Below, piece after piece: positions 1-12,076 of a DNA stretch of 64,000 bases; the stretch's first letter is position 1, and each line of letters starts with the position of its first letter. Where the stretch lies: the NCBI GenBank assembly GCA_964106915.2, contig OZ066918.1; one strand, written 5' to 3'. The translations under genes were made by a program, and so were the position numbers. Source of the stretch: Podarcis gaigeae. Its lineage: Eukaryota. Below the pieces are notes generated by a model that saw only the letters and a list, made by a program, of their open reading frames with translations, was not told the DNA's origin and did not search any database.

Positions 1-995
1 GCCCCACTGAATTCAGTAGGGCTTACTTCTGAGTAGACATACATTTGCTTGCACAAACACCACTCAATCTCCCATTTCAGCATAAAGGAAGAAACAAATA
101 TTTCCCCCTTCATTTCCCCCTACTGTGACACAGAAGGGCCCCCCAAAAGCCCCCATCCCACCAATCTCTCTCTCTTTTTATCCAAGGGAAGGAGGAAGGG
201 CAAGCAAACAACAAGATAGCACCCTTAATTATTATTATTTTTTAAAAAAACTTCCGTTTTTAAATGAAGGAAGCTATTTAGGGTGAACCAGCAATGTTAC
301 CCAGCAACTTGCACCCTAAAGGCATCAGAGGGGAGAGAGACACTTAGCACATGTACTCATACAGGTGGAAGGGGGGACGGGAGTAAAGAAAAAGAGTTAA
401 ATGACAGGGCAACATTTTTGGTTCTTGCTCTGAAGAAAGCCATAGTTTCTTCTTTCATGGGGGCAAGGAAGGGGCAAAGGGGGCTCCCAACAAGAAGCCC
501 CGAGCCAGCTCAGAGCAGCATCTCTGTAAAACCACACCTACTGGCCTGTCACGCTGGCTTCTAGCCTGCTGAGCCAGGGCTTGCTGCAAAATCGAAAGAA
601 GTCTATTATGATAAGTTTCTGCTGCTGGCTGGCTGCTGCTTTTCCAGCTACTTTCATAATTGTCACCTGTTTTTGCAGAGGCAGTGGAGCTGAGCTGGGG
701 CTCCTTGCACAATCCAAAGAAACATAGCCTGCTCTTGTGAGTCGCTCACTGCTCCTGCAGGAGGCAGCGGAGGCACTAAGAAACATTGGCTGGCTACAGT
801 TTTCTCAAAATCGCAATGTTTGCCAGATAACATTTTATGAAACCGTTATTGTGATGTGGACTTCATAACCAATTTTGAAAGATATATTGAAAAATTGCCC
901 AGGTCTAGTTCAGATACGGCCATAGGCACTTAGTAAGCAGCCTACAGTTGCCTTTCATATCCCAACAGCTACAAGAGTCAGGAATAAGAGCTTAC

Positions 996-1155
996 CATTT
1001 GCCTTCAGAGAAGAGAGCAAGCATGCCATCATGCTTTTAGCCACACTTGGATCAGTCACCTTCTTATGGATATCAATCTTTATCAGTGATGGGAAGTTGG
1101 CAAGGAATGTTTCTGGCAGAACTTCTTGCTCCTCATGGAAGCTCAGCATAATTTT
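996..1155 (-). CDS. OGA: OGA exon 15
   Basis: [53 protein letters not shown](G), 160 nt, donor G|gtaag; needs a further exon beyond position 1. Confidence 0.97.
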
Positions 1156-2244
1156 CTACAACAGGCACAACAGAAATAAGTCTTTCAACATCAAAAAAAA
1201 TGTTTGGTGATCTATGCTGGAAACATTGTGTGCACTTGCCGAACAGGCTCTTTCTACAGACTTGGATTAGCCTATTCACTTGACAACCACATTAATCTCT
1301 AAACAAAAAGCTAAAGTAGCTAAGTACAGTAGATTTGGTCAGTACCATTCTTTAAGTAATTAGAGATAAGTATACAGATTAAACTGGGTGGCTGGTGCTG
1401 GAAAAACAGAATAACTTCCCTTTTGAAGACTATATTCTCTTTTACTGTTCTAAGCTTCTGATAAAAAACATCATTTTTAAACAATGCAGACCTTAATTGC
1501 TAGTAACAAATCTTAGTTTATTTCAAGGTACAATAAAGATAGCCATTATTTTGGCATACACTCAGCAAAACAAAAATAATGCAATGAGTTTATTCAAATC
1601 CAAATAAATTAAATTTAGAGAAACTAAATTCAGCAGCAGCAGAAATTGTATATCTAAAACATATCAGGCTAAGTTAGCTATTCTATCCTAAATGCATATA
1701 TCACAGTGGTTAAAAGAGGGGAAAGGATTGAGTGTCATGACAGATTGGCAGATGATTTATGCTTGGGTTCCGGACAGTGAAAAGAAGTGAGGCTTTTCAT
1801 CAAGCCTCTCCCAGGCACTGTTCCCAGAGCTTTTATAATATTGTGATCAGGAAGGGAGTCTCTGAAATCTAATGAACACACTACATTGCCTATTCTATGA
1901 TTCATGTCAAACCATAACTACACTGTAAAATAGAATCTACGATTACATATTGCAGTGTACTAAATATAAAGCTATCAGTTGGAATTGTTCTGTTTTAGTA
2001 GTAAGAATGAAATATAACTCAATGTTAGAGATAATTGTAAGTGTGGATTTATAAAGGCACTGAGAGAAACTAATTCTAGAGACTACTTGGCCATCACACT
2101 ATCACAGTGTCATGTGTCTGAGGCCTCTATATTGGAATAAATTGGATAAATTGCCCCTACTCTTCCTAGGATTATAAAGACAACAGGGGATGAAAGCCTA
2201 AAAACAGCAATTTGACAATTCAAGCATACGTCAGCATAACTAAC

Positions 2245-2437
2245 CTCTGCCTCTGATAGCTCCTTATCACTGCTTGGCTTGCTGTATTTCTCCTGCATGA
2301 AAGGAAACCAGGCAATTTTGCATTTCTTAATGAAAGGAGTTACATCAACGGTGCCCAGTGCATAGCCACAGATGCCATCTTCATCCTCCAGGACAAAGCA
2401 GTAATCTGGGCTGAGGGACAGCAAACCACCTACTAGC
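2245..2437 (-). CDS. OGA: OGA exon 14
   Basis: [64 protein letters not shown], 193 nt. Confidence 0.97.
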
Positions 2438-3826
2438 CTGAGAAGAAAGGAATAGTCAGTAGAGCCCAAAGATAACTGATGCAAACAAAACTACATAACA
2501 GTTAAAGAGTACAGGAGAATAAATGAACCACGGTTGCAAGTTGTACAAGTCTAAGAATTATGACTTAGTACTTTTAAATGCCAGTTAGTCAGGCATCATG
2601 TAGAACATACAAGTGGCTAAGTACCTATACAAGGGGGTTTCAAAATTAAGTGTATTATGGAAAGGTAATCAGAATTGGGAATTGTTATAATGAATTAGTA
2701 GGGATTATAAAAAGTGCAGAAGTGGGCTTTACCAACAGCCAAGACGGCTGCTCCAGGCAGCAGAAGAGAACTATGTGAGTAAATGCCTAAAGCCTGGACA
2801 GTAGTTTCAGCTGTAAATTTACAAAGTAAAGCCAACTTCCCTACTCCTCTTCAAACGGTTTAATGCTTTTTAAAAAAATAGTTAAAAAACAACAACAGTA
2901 TTGCAGTATTGGGGATCATGAGAATTGGCAAGCCTCAAATGGGAGTGAAAAGGGAGGCTTACACGACAATCCACAGTTAGTATATTCAATGGCCAATCCA
3001 TACAAACATAATCACAGTATTTGCAGCTGCACTATCTTCATTGAACAATAAAATGTCTGAAGCTTACAGGATCACCTTATAGGATGGGTCCCCTCCCCAC
3101 ATACACAGTTTGATCAATGAAACAGCAAGAATGTAGGTGGTTTTCAGTAAATCTTTGCCATGACTCAGCATGATTTCTTGGCAGCACTGCATTGTACTAA
3201 CTGCAAAGAAATTAAAGGCTGGATACCAGTAGCAGAACAGTTTACAGATTCCTTTTTTCATACCCTGACCTGCATCTGCAGGGTGTGAAGATCTTAGCTG
3301 TTAATCTCAAGGGGTTCATACTTGATTCAGAAGAATGTCTGGAGTTTTCCACAAAGGAAACTTCTTTTATTTTTTCTGCTACTTTAGATTGGTGCCAATT
3401 CTGTTCTGTTCCTTAAATTTTGTTTCCCCTATCAAGTGTTTGCTGAGTTGCACTCAAATTTGCAAGAAGTCTATAGAACTTGGAAGTCTGTCTTCAAGCC
3501 AGAACGGAGAGCATCTTTCAGATTAGAATTCAGATTCAAATTGAACATGTGAAGCACAGCCTTACAAAACCTGTGTGTTCTATTCAGCTGGCAAGGCATG
3601 GATGTTTCCTGCTCTTCCCAGTTGTTTCGAATATTGTATTTACATTTCTTGATAGCAAGAGGCATACCAGGAGACAGACAATCTGTGACACTTCAGATGC
3701 TGCTGGACTCTAATTCCAATTATCCCTGACCACTGGCCATTGCTGCTGATGGTGGCTGGGCTCCAAGATCTGGAGCGCCAAAGATTAGCCACCCACAAGG
3801 AGTACTATTACTAAATGAATACAGTA

Positions 3827-4046
3827 CAGTGGTACCTCGGGTTAAGAACTTAATTCGTTCCGGAGGTCCATTCTTAACCTGAAACTGTTCTTAAAGTGAG
3901 CTACCACTTTAGCTAATGGGGCCTCCCGCTGTTGCCATGCCGCTGCTGCGCAATTTCTGTTCTCATCCTGAAGCAAAGTTCTTAACCTGAGGTTTCTGGG
4001 TTAGCGGAGTCTGTAACCTGAAGCGTCTGTACCCGAGGTACCACTG
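3827..4046. mobile_element. Non-autonomous Tc1/mariner-pogo MITE
   Basis: TIRs cagtggtacctcgggt / acccgaggtaccactg, TA on both flanks. Confidence 0.9.
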
Positions 4047-4090
4047 TAAGTAATTCAACAAATTCCAGTTTATTTCAAGAGTATACCTAC

Positions 4091-4176
4091 TTGTCTCCAA
4101 TTAAGTCCGGCTGGCTATGGAAAGGCTGATCAGTTTCATCATCATACATTTCTCTGCAGATCTTGTACACGGATGC
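4091..4176 (-). CDS. OGA: OGA exon 13
   Basis: ASVYKICREMYDDETDQPFHSQPDLIGD(K), 86 nt. Confidence 0.96.
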
Positions 4177-4474
4177 CTAAAGACATATAGAAATATTCAT
4201 TGTGTGAGTTTTCCCTCCCACAGCACATACACCTGAACTGTTGCTTAGGAAGCCTTGCTGTTCTACTGACAGGCATCCTCACTACTTCATTGTATTCCAT
4301 GCCTCCACAACAGCTCATATTGGACAGGTAGTGGATGGCATATTGAACGGCCTAGGGAAATGCAGGCTTAAATCCACGTGGAATTCATTGTGCCTTGAAA
4401 CTAAAATAACTCCATGTAAGTCACATTGGAGGAAGTACACAGTACAAATGCGTCAGATAAATAACCTAACAGGA

Positions 4475-4654
4475 AAGGCCAGAGCTCAGGACTTGCAACA
4501 CCTGCTGTGCATGCACCAGGTCTCAGGTTCACTCCCTAACATCGCCATGTAGGGCAGGGAATCTCCTGGAAAGCTGCTGCTTGTCAGGGTAGACAATAAT
4601 GAGCTAGATGAACTAATAGTTTGACTCAATGCAAGGCAGCTTACTATGTTTCCT
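4475..4654 (+). mobile_element. tRNA-derived SINE (Squam2-like)
   Basis: agctcag...tgcatgca...ggttca...gtagacaata..gagctagatg...aaggcagctt; same family as the copies at 40828, 50058 and 51962. Confidence 0.65.
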
Positions 4655-5091
4655 GAGCTATTCTACAATGCTTCTGAGATTATGTATTATTTCCAAATAG
4701 TTCAGGCTAACATGCATTTGGATTATGTCACTCCTTATTCATTGTACTTGGTGATCAGTAGTTTACATTAAACTCATTCAGTGTTATCAAGGCAGTCAAC
4801 TGGGCTGGGATCCCAAGGCTTTTCCTATTTATGTTCCCTTTGATAAATGGGATTACATAAAAAGCATCTAGGAAAATGATTTTTTAAATAATACTGCTAG
4901 GGCTGCCAGAGACTTCCATGAACCCAGAGTAAGCGACTCAATTTTGCTACATTTTCCCCATTTGAACCACACCTCTCCTAGGCATTCAGAAGACTCAAAG
5001 AATAACAAAATATAGAGAAAGAGTTGCTTTTATCAACATGCTCCTCCAAACAGCATTACTGTGTACAATAATTACCAAAGAAATGGGTTAC

Positions 5092-5196
5092 CTCATCTTT
5101 AGGGAAATAGGGTCTGATGGTGTAAACTTTAGAAGTTGGAGTAAGAGGAGGTGGCTGAAAAAAGAGGTCATTTGCTCCTTCAATAGGCAGCAAACG
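5092..5196 (-). CDS. OGA: OGA exon 12
   Basis: [35 protein letters not shown], 105 nt. Confidence 0.97.
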
Positions 5197-6062
5197 CTGT
5201 GAAAACAAAAAATTAGTGTAAATGTTTGAGAAGATGCAATACATTCCTGGGCGTGCATTGCAGACTCCCAAGTTAACTTTTGCTACTGCAGGCACCCCAG
5301 AGGGAAGTAGGGTTTTGTAGACTTTACAAATGTAAGGACCATTTTTCCATTTTATCTGAACAGAAGTTTTTTAAAGATACACAACTGTTACAACACTTAA
5401 TGGAGTTTACATTAAACTCATTTCTGCTTTAGTATAATTTCACCAAATCTCATCTATGCTCTCAGCTTAACATAGCCATGTCAGGAGGAAAGGTTTGGTC
5501 TGAAGAGGGTTAACTGGCCAGAGGAGACACTAACCCCAAAACAACATGCTGACTCAATTGGCTGTGCGCAGAGAGCACCTGTGAGGGGGAAGAAAGTAAG
5601 CCCCTGAAAAATCCATGAGCAAATTCAGGCACAGAAGAAACATTTCTTTTGGACTGGTTTGCCAACTGGATTATGAGGAACGCAAACTACAAGTTTTGCT
5701 TAGAGAGGATCTTGGAATACACAGTATCGTATTTTCTTTGCTCATGGAGTTCTCGTCGGCAGACAAGCAGGCGCGCATTGTGCAATTGCGGGCGCAGATA
5801 AAAACGCTGTGCGACCTGCAAAGAAACAATGTGAAATGTACAACTAAAAGCCGCAGCGCTTCGCAGGCGCGTGGGAATGGCAGCATCTCCTTGTGATATT
5901 ACTGTAGAAATGGGAGGAAAATTATTTAAAAACAAAGCTGTCAGGCTATTTGGGTTTGGACCAGAAAGCCTTCGGCAGACCAAGCCTTCCAGTCCTCCGA
6001 CGCGCAATAAAAGATTTCTCAAACAAAGACAATGTCATTCAGTTGTGAATTCATATTGATAC

Positions 6063-6148
6063 CTGGAACTCTCCTGCTAGACCACCTCTAAAGGCCCAGG
6101 GTTCTTGGTCTCCACTTAAGAACTGTGCTGAAGATTGACTACGACACC
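6063..6148 (-). CDS. OGA: OGA exon 11
   Basis: (G)[28 protein letters not shown], 86 nt. Confidence 0.97.
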
Positions 6149-7495
6149 CTGTGGAGATCAGATCCAAGCGGAGAACGTTACGAGAAGGGGGATTGTCCTG
6201 AGATGCTAAAATGTCCAACAAGCTAATACACACTTTGTAGGAAAAGCTCTCTAACTGAGCTATAATCCAAGAACTTGAGGGGCTGCGATAATGCTGCTGT
6301 GTGTAGATTCCTGATTAGATGCTTTGTGCTCTTTGTTAATAAAATGAAGTTAGACGATAGCCTTAGACAGCAGAAGATTCAATACTGTAAAAAGCCAGTA
6401 TGCCCCGTTCTGTACAGGTATAATATTTATTCCAAGAGTTGAGCTTGCCTTGTCCTTCTCTTTCATCACTAAGAACATGGAACAGCTCTTACATTTTCAT
6501 TGATGAAGGTATAGATAATAAGCCATTATCACAGCCCCATGGAAATACTTGGACCTGTCTGAAGTCACATTTTCATATTGTTTGAATCTTGCCAGAAAAC
6601 CAGGTTTGGTGTGGGATGGAATAGCCCAAACAGCTATGTGGAACAGATACTTCTTTTTCAAGAGATTAGAAACCAATACTGTCCACTTCCGTAGCTCTGC
6701 TTACACAACAGTAACCACAGCACACATATTGTTCCCAATCTAGGCAACAGCCTCAGTTACAGTATTTTATTTTACCCACCCTCAACCATGTGAGAAATGC
6801 CATTAATTCCTGACAGCCAGCTGTGGCAAGGGCTTTAAAGCCCTCTGCACAATTTAGTAAGAAGGTTATATATTTTTTAATAATGGCTAAGCTTTGATAA
6901 CAGCTTTGATAGCCAAGTTATACAACCAATTAGCATAACTAACATTTTTGAGAGCGGATAGGCAGGTGATTGTTGATGCGGGGATTAAAGTAACCTGCCT
7001 AGTCTTCTGATAAGATAAGCTGCGCAAGTTTGTTTCCTCTTGTGGACAGCGATCTACTTCCTGTTCAAGTAACAATCTCAGATCAGTACAGTCGAATGTG
7101 TCATACTAGCTAGGTAGTCTCAAAGTGAACCAAGCTGGATATCAATGCTTAGCCAATTATGAAAGAAAGCCTTTAAAATAGCAAGTTTGAGATGACTGAA
7201 AACATGTCAATTAGAGTTTCTTGTGTTTCCATATCAAAGTGATTCATTAAAGAGGCTTTATATTATACTCTTTCGCTAGTAACTTGGAGTACTTCTCCTT
7301 TGAGACTACACCGTAACTAGCATTCCAGCTATTATACACTTTACAGAGCTGCATGAATGAAGAGCTGTATGAATGAAAATCAAGAGTTAATGCCTGAGTC
7401 GCTGCGCAAATGTGACTTCAGGCCGTGCCTACTGCCCTAATCTGAGCTGCCTCATGGACAGAACCTTCCCTTCTTAAATTAATTAATCACGACAC

Positions 7496-7558
7496 GCTGA
7501 AAGCATCTGGCGTGGTCCATCCAATAGCAGTAGATACTTGTGCTGAAGATTCTCCCAT
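7496..7558 (-). CDS. OGA: Candidate alternative in-frame cassette exon in OGA intron 10
   Basis: Acceptor cttcttccccaatgtgtgcag|; open in phase 1: (D)GRIFSTSIYCYWMDHAR(CFQ). Frame is preserved with either a GT donor (63 nt, end 7496) or a GC donor (54 nt, end 7505). Confidence 0.55.
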
Positions 7559-9466
7559 CTGCACACATTGGGGAAGAAGACAGTAGAAGGCATTAGTAAT
7601 CCATAGTAGTATTATCTACACTAGTTTCATAAACTGAATGCTAGCTGGATTGAAAGAAAGGGTATAGAGATCAGCCTTCAGCGGACCACCAAGTGTATCA
7701 ACATTCAATGGCTAAACCATTCCAGTTTAGTGATTCTTCTGTATTCACATCAAAATGAGAAGCAACTTTTATGACTATATAAGTAATTAAATAAACTAAA
7801 GAATGGTCTCAATAAACAGCAAGACCAAGATCTCAGCTACAAGAATTCACTTGGTCTGCGGCGAGACAGTTTCTTTTGGTGTAGATGCATCCAGTGGAAT
7901 ATACAAACGTACTGTATTACCAGATAGTATCAGAAATGGGTAGCAAGCACTAAGTACTTCTGCTGGGAGAAGCCATCCTTATGAAAGAAAATGGCAGCTA
8001 CGATCAGCAGCCTGCTCCAAAAATTGGGAAATGTTTCAAAAGCAAATCAACCTCACAGCTGAAATCTATGGTCAATCAAGTTCATGTTTATCATTGCAGT
8101 TGCTTAATGCTCCTTCCAGGAGAAATGCACAATTTAGTTTCCCATCTGTTTCTTTGACAAAATGGGTAATTTGGTAACCAAATATATCACTTAGAAGTAT
8201 GGTGTGCCTCCCTTCCTGCCTTTAAAATAGGGCTGACAATCTTGTTGTAGGGGTTGGCTGATTCTACCTTCCTGTTCCTCTTCCCTAAACAATCTATAAT
8301 GCCTGAACCAATACTGGGGGGAGAAGAGAAAGACAAAGAAATAGGTCTCATGAAGGTACAAACTCTATTCTAAGGCTCAAGTTTTGAATTATTTCCTATT
8401 TATTTAGTGGGAAATGCACAGACTTAAAAAACCTCTCTGCACCAAGCCCTAATTTTTTTTTGCTAGAACCATATGGTCTTCTGCTGAGTAACAGCAAAAT
8501 GCAATATTGGATATCTTGGCAACTAGCTCAATACGACCTATGAATACTTATGAATGCATACAAGTGATTACAGCTTCAAGTGATCCAAGAACTGTAGGCT
8601 GATCCAGTATGGTGCAAGAGGTTTATTATGAGATTTGTGACAACTACAGAAATTGTGACAGGAAACCATCAGCGTTGCTGCCTGCTGTGTGCATCAAGCA
8701 AGTCCACAGCATATTCCTTACAGTTGGATTGAAACCTGAAAGTGAAATGAGGTCACTAGAGGAACCCAGGCCATGCTGGTGCTATTCCAAAAAAACCCCG
8801 TGTAATTTAAAAAAGGCTGCAGGCAAAAAAGGCTCTTTGATTTCTCTTTAGAGAACAGTCTGGTATGAAATCAGACTCCAGAGCTCTGGAATTTCTTCCC
8901 TTGCCCAAAATCAGTCATCTTGCGAATGTTAAAGCAAATCACTTTTGCACCAGAATAGCCTTATGCTAAAGCTCGCATGCGCAGAGAAAGGGCTGGGAGG
9001 CTCGGCTCCCTCTTGGCCAGGCCCATTGAAAGGTCACATCTGCAATTGTTCTGTTGAAGACAGCAATAACGTTATTGAGACAGAGCAAGCAGCAGATAGC
9101 TGAGGCATGGTCACATTTCATAGTGTCATTTCCAATTTTGCAACAAGGCCGGGAAATACTGCATTATAGTCCAGTGTGCATTCAGTCTGAGTCAAAACTT
9201 ATGTTTCAGAGGTCAACTTTTATGTTCCTTAGCCCAAGAAAAAAAATGCAAGACCAAGAGAGATATTCAACGTATGTCCACTGTCACTTTTACTGCCAGT
9301 CTATAGTGAAACATGAATGGCGACCAATAATAGAAAAAGTAAGAAGGATTTAGGGTCAAAGCGACCATAATATAAAAACGTTCAATTGACATCATTTTTT
9401 CCATGGGCTAATTAAAGACAAGCATTTATGCTAGTTGCCACTCTAACTGGTTCCTAAAGAACATAC

Positions 9467-9641
9467 CTAGCCACTGCACAAAAGATTTCACCATAGACAT
9501 GATGCTCTTGATGTCCCAGACATATGAGTACATGTCATAGAGGATTGTCCGGTTGGCACAGTTTGAAAGACGAGTGAACATGCCCATCACCAAGCTACAC
9601 ATCTCTTCAAACTTGGCGGCTCGAGCACGCCATTCTTCAAT
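9467..9641 (-). CDS. OGA: OGA exon 10
   Basis: [58 protein letters not shown], 175 nt. Confidence 0.97.
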
Positions 9642-9976
9642 CTAAGTAAAGATAAAAAGGAACAAATTTCATACAAACTGTATTTTCATGTTGAGGATGA
9701 AACTAGATGGATATTATGACAATACCTATTGACTTTTACATCTCTAGCCAGGATGACACACGAGTAGTGCACACATTCAAAGCATGAAGATACATTCTAC
9801 AGCACAAGACATTCAACGACCAACCAGCCTACATGCATGATATTCTTAATTATCCACAGGCTAGGTTCAGCTCAGAGACTTCCAATGCAGTTGCTCATTA
9901 TTTCTTTTGCTATTGTGCTTTTTTCAAATAGGAAATATGCACACTTACACCAAATGAAAACAATGCAGTCACTCAC

Positions 9977-10581
9977 CTTTTCAGAGTCCTTTCCTTTACA
10001 ATTCACACTAACAACACTGCTGTTTGCTCTGAGCCACTGGAACTCTCGTAACATTTGGGCCCCTTTGACTCCATGTTCATATGGAAGATAAAACAAGTCT
10101 GCAAGCAACTGTAGATCTTCTAGAGTTACTGGTTCTACTGCATATAACGGCTTTTCATGGGGACCAGGCACAAACTGCTCCTTGTTAGTTTGCTCATCTG
10201 TCTGCATAGGTGCAATATCACCACAATCATCCTGCATTGACATCTCCGGAGATTTTGATTCAGCTATGCTCTCTTTATCCGTATCCATTGGTTTTAACTC
10301 TTCTGACATTTTTGCTTCAGCAATGTCAGTCAATATTTGATTGATATTCTTGTCAGAATCCTCTTGTTTTTCCACTACCATGTCCATTGGCTCCTCATCC
10401 AGTTGTTTCTTTTCTTCCTCTTTGACCAGAACCTGCGATTCGTTGCTTAGTGCAGTTCCCTGGCTCATTATGGGCTCTTGGTAAACGGTAGTAATCACAG
10501 TGGTAGAATTTAAAGCGGACGGTGTAACCAGAGGCACATCCACAACACTTGTTTTAGCGCCACTATGGGCCACTTGTCTGC
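9977..10581 (-). CDS. OGA: OGA exon 9
   Basis: (S)[14 protein letters not shown]...KGKDSEK, 605 nt; retains the VAHSGAK O-GlcNAc site and the SVVD caspase-3 site known from mammalian OGA. Confidence 0.97.
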
Positions 10582-11166
10582 CTGCGGACAGAGCAGACAA
10601 AATTCAGTCATATCTACTCAGCTTTTTCATACAACCAAATTTCACATATATAAATAACTTGTGAACACACACACTCTTTGTCTTTGAATGACATACACAT
10701 ACATGCAAGTGTCTATTTTGCTGCAATTCGACATATTTTGAAAGGGCACAACACATGTGCTTTTTTCTGAAATACATTTGCATGTACCAAAAATATGATG
10801 TGTAATTCAGAACAATCCCTTCATATGCACAAATTATATTGGGTGCAATGCAATTCCACATATTTTCAATACAGTATTTTTGATAGTGTCGTCTCCCAAC
10901 AAAGACAAATTGAGAACATCCCCACACCCGACACAGAATCTCTTACAAAGTACATTGCTTCAGGAAAATATACTTGTCACTCAGAAACAGTCAGTTCCTT
11001 TAAAAAATTTTAAAAACTGTTCCTGATACATAATGAAATCATAACAGCAGCAATCTTTTGAAGTATTTTATTCAGCAGATTCTTTTTAACTGAACTCTAG
11101 AAAAACATTCTTGGTTTCATTCACTCCAATATTGTAGGCAAGACAAAACCAAAATTGCTTACTCAC

Positions 11167-11325
11167 TGCTGTACTGATGAGGTACTGCAAATTCCTGTAG
11201 CCACTCTGTTAATGACAACTTCAAGGCCAATTGTGGGCTATAGAGAACATCTGTTTCAATATCTTCATCACTGCCTTCATTCTCCAGTTTAATCTGAATT
11301 GAAACAGTACTGTCTTCAGTGTCAG
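11167..11325 (-). CDS. OGA: OGA exon 8
   Basis: (T)[52 protein letters not shown], 159 nt. Confidence 0.97.
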
Positions 11326-11545
11326 CTGCACAGATTATTAAGAAACAGAATATTAATTCAAGAGCAAGGTTCAAGGCTGCCATGTATTTGCATTTAAAGA
11401 CAAAAATACCAATTTATTAAGATGACATTTCCTGAAACTCCTTTCATCAAAGTGAAATTTTAAGATTATTAAATTATTAAGTTATTACACTATTTCTAAA
11501 AGCATTGTTCCTAAGATAGTGACTGAGCACTTCTGATCAACTTAC

Positions 11546-11830
11546 TCATCACAACATCTTTCCTCACTCCATTCATGTTGGATTTATACCAGGTTGCAAG
11601 GGTGTGAATAGCAACAAAGTTGGCTTCAAATTCACAATTTGGATTGGTCAGGACTCCCTTTAAGCGTGGGATGAGTTCCGTTGATCGACCTTTATATGGA
11701 CCAAGAAACAGCCTTTTCTGATCATAGTCGTTGGCATGAATGTTGTCCCAGATGACCGGAGCTCTGCGAATTATCTTTGAAACCTCTTCAATGGACTCCA
11801 CTGGAATGTCTTTAGATACCACTTTGGGAC
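11546..11830 (-). CDS. OGA: OGA exon 7
   Basis: (G)[16 protein letters not shown]...[11 protein letters not shown]...KDVVM, 285 nt. Confidence 0.97.
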
Positions 11831-11977
11831 CTAAAATGTAGTTTCACAACTGACTCAGAATGAGTTTATTGATTAGCCATAGGCTAGGATGATAAAATTT
11901 AAGCAGCATACTAAAACATTTAATAAGAATGCTGAACTGAGTTGGCAATATCGACCTCAACAAAGCAAAATACTCAC

Positions 11978-12076
11978 CTGTCCATAACACATCAATTCCA
12001 GGTAACAGCTTTTCCCCTACAGTTCGTAAATAAGGAGACTGAGCAACATTTGGATAGCAGAAAGTGCCACAGTATT
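11978..12076 (-). CDS. OGA: OGA exon 6
   Basis: (E)[32 protein letters not shown], 99 nt. Confidence 0.97.

Noticed and set aside
455-786. Minus-strand ORFs 455-712 and 538-786 as the final OGA exon
   Set aside because: Neither encodes the expected GSRGAFCEV...VILGRSL C-terminus; the last exon must lie left of the window.
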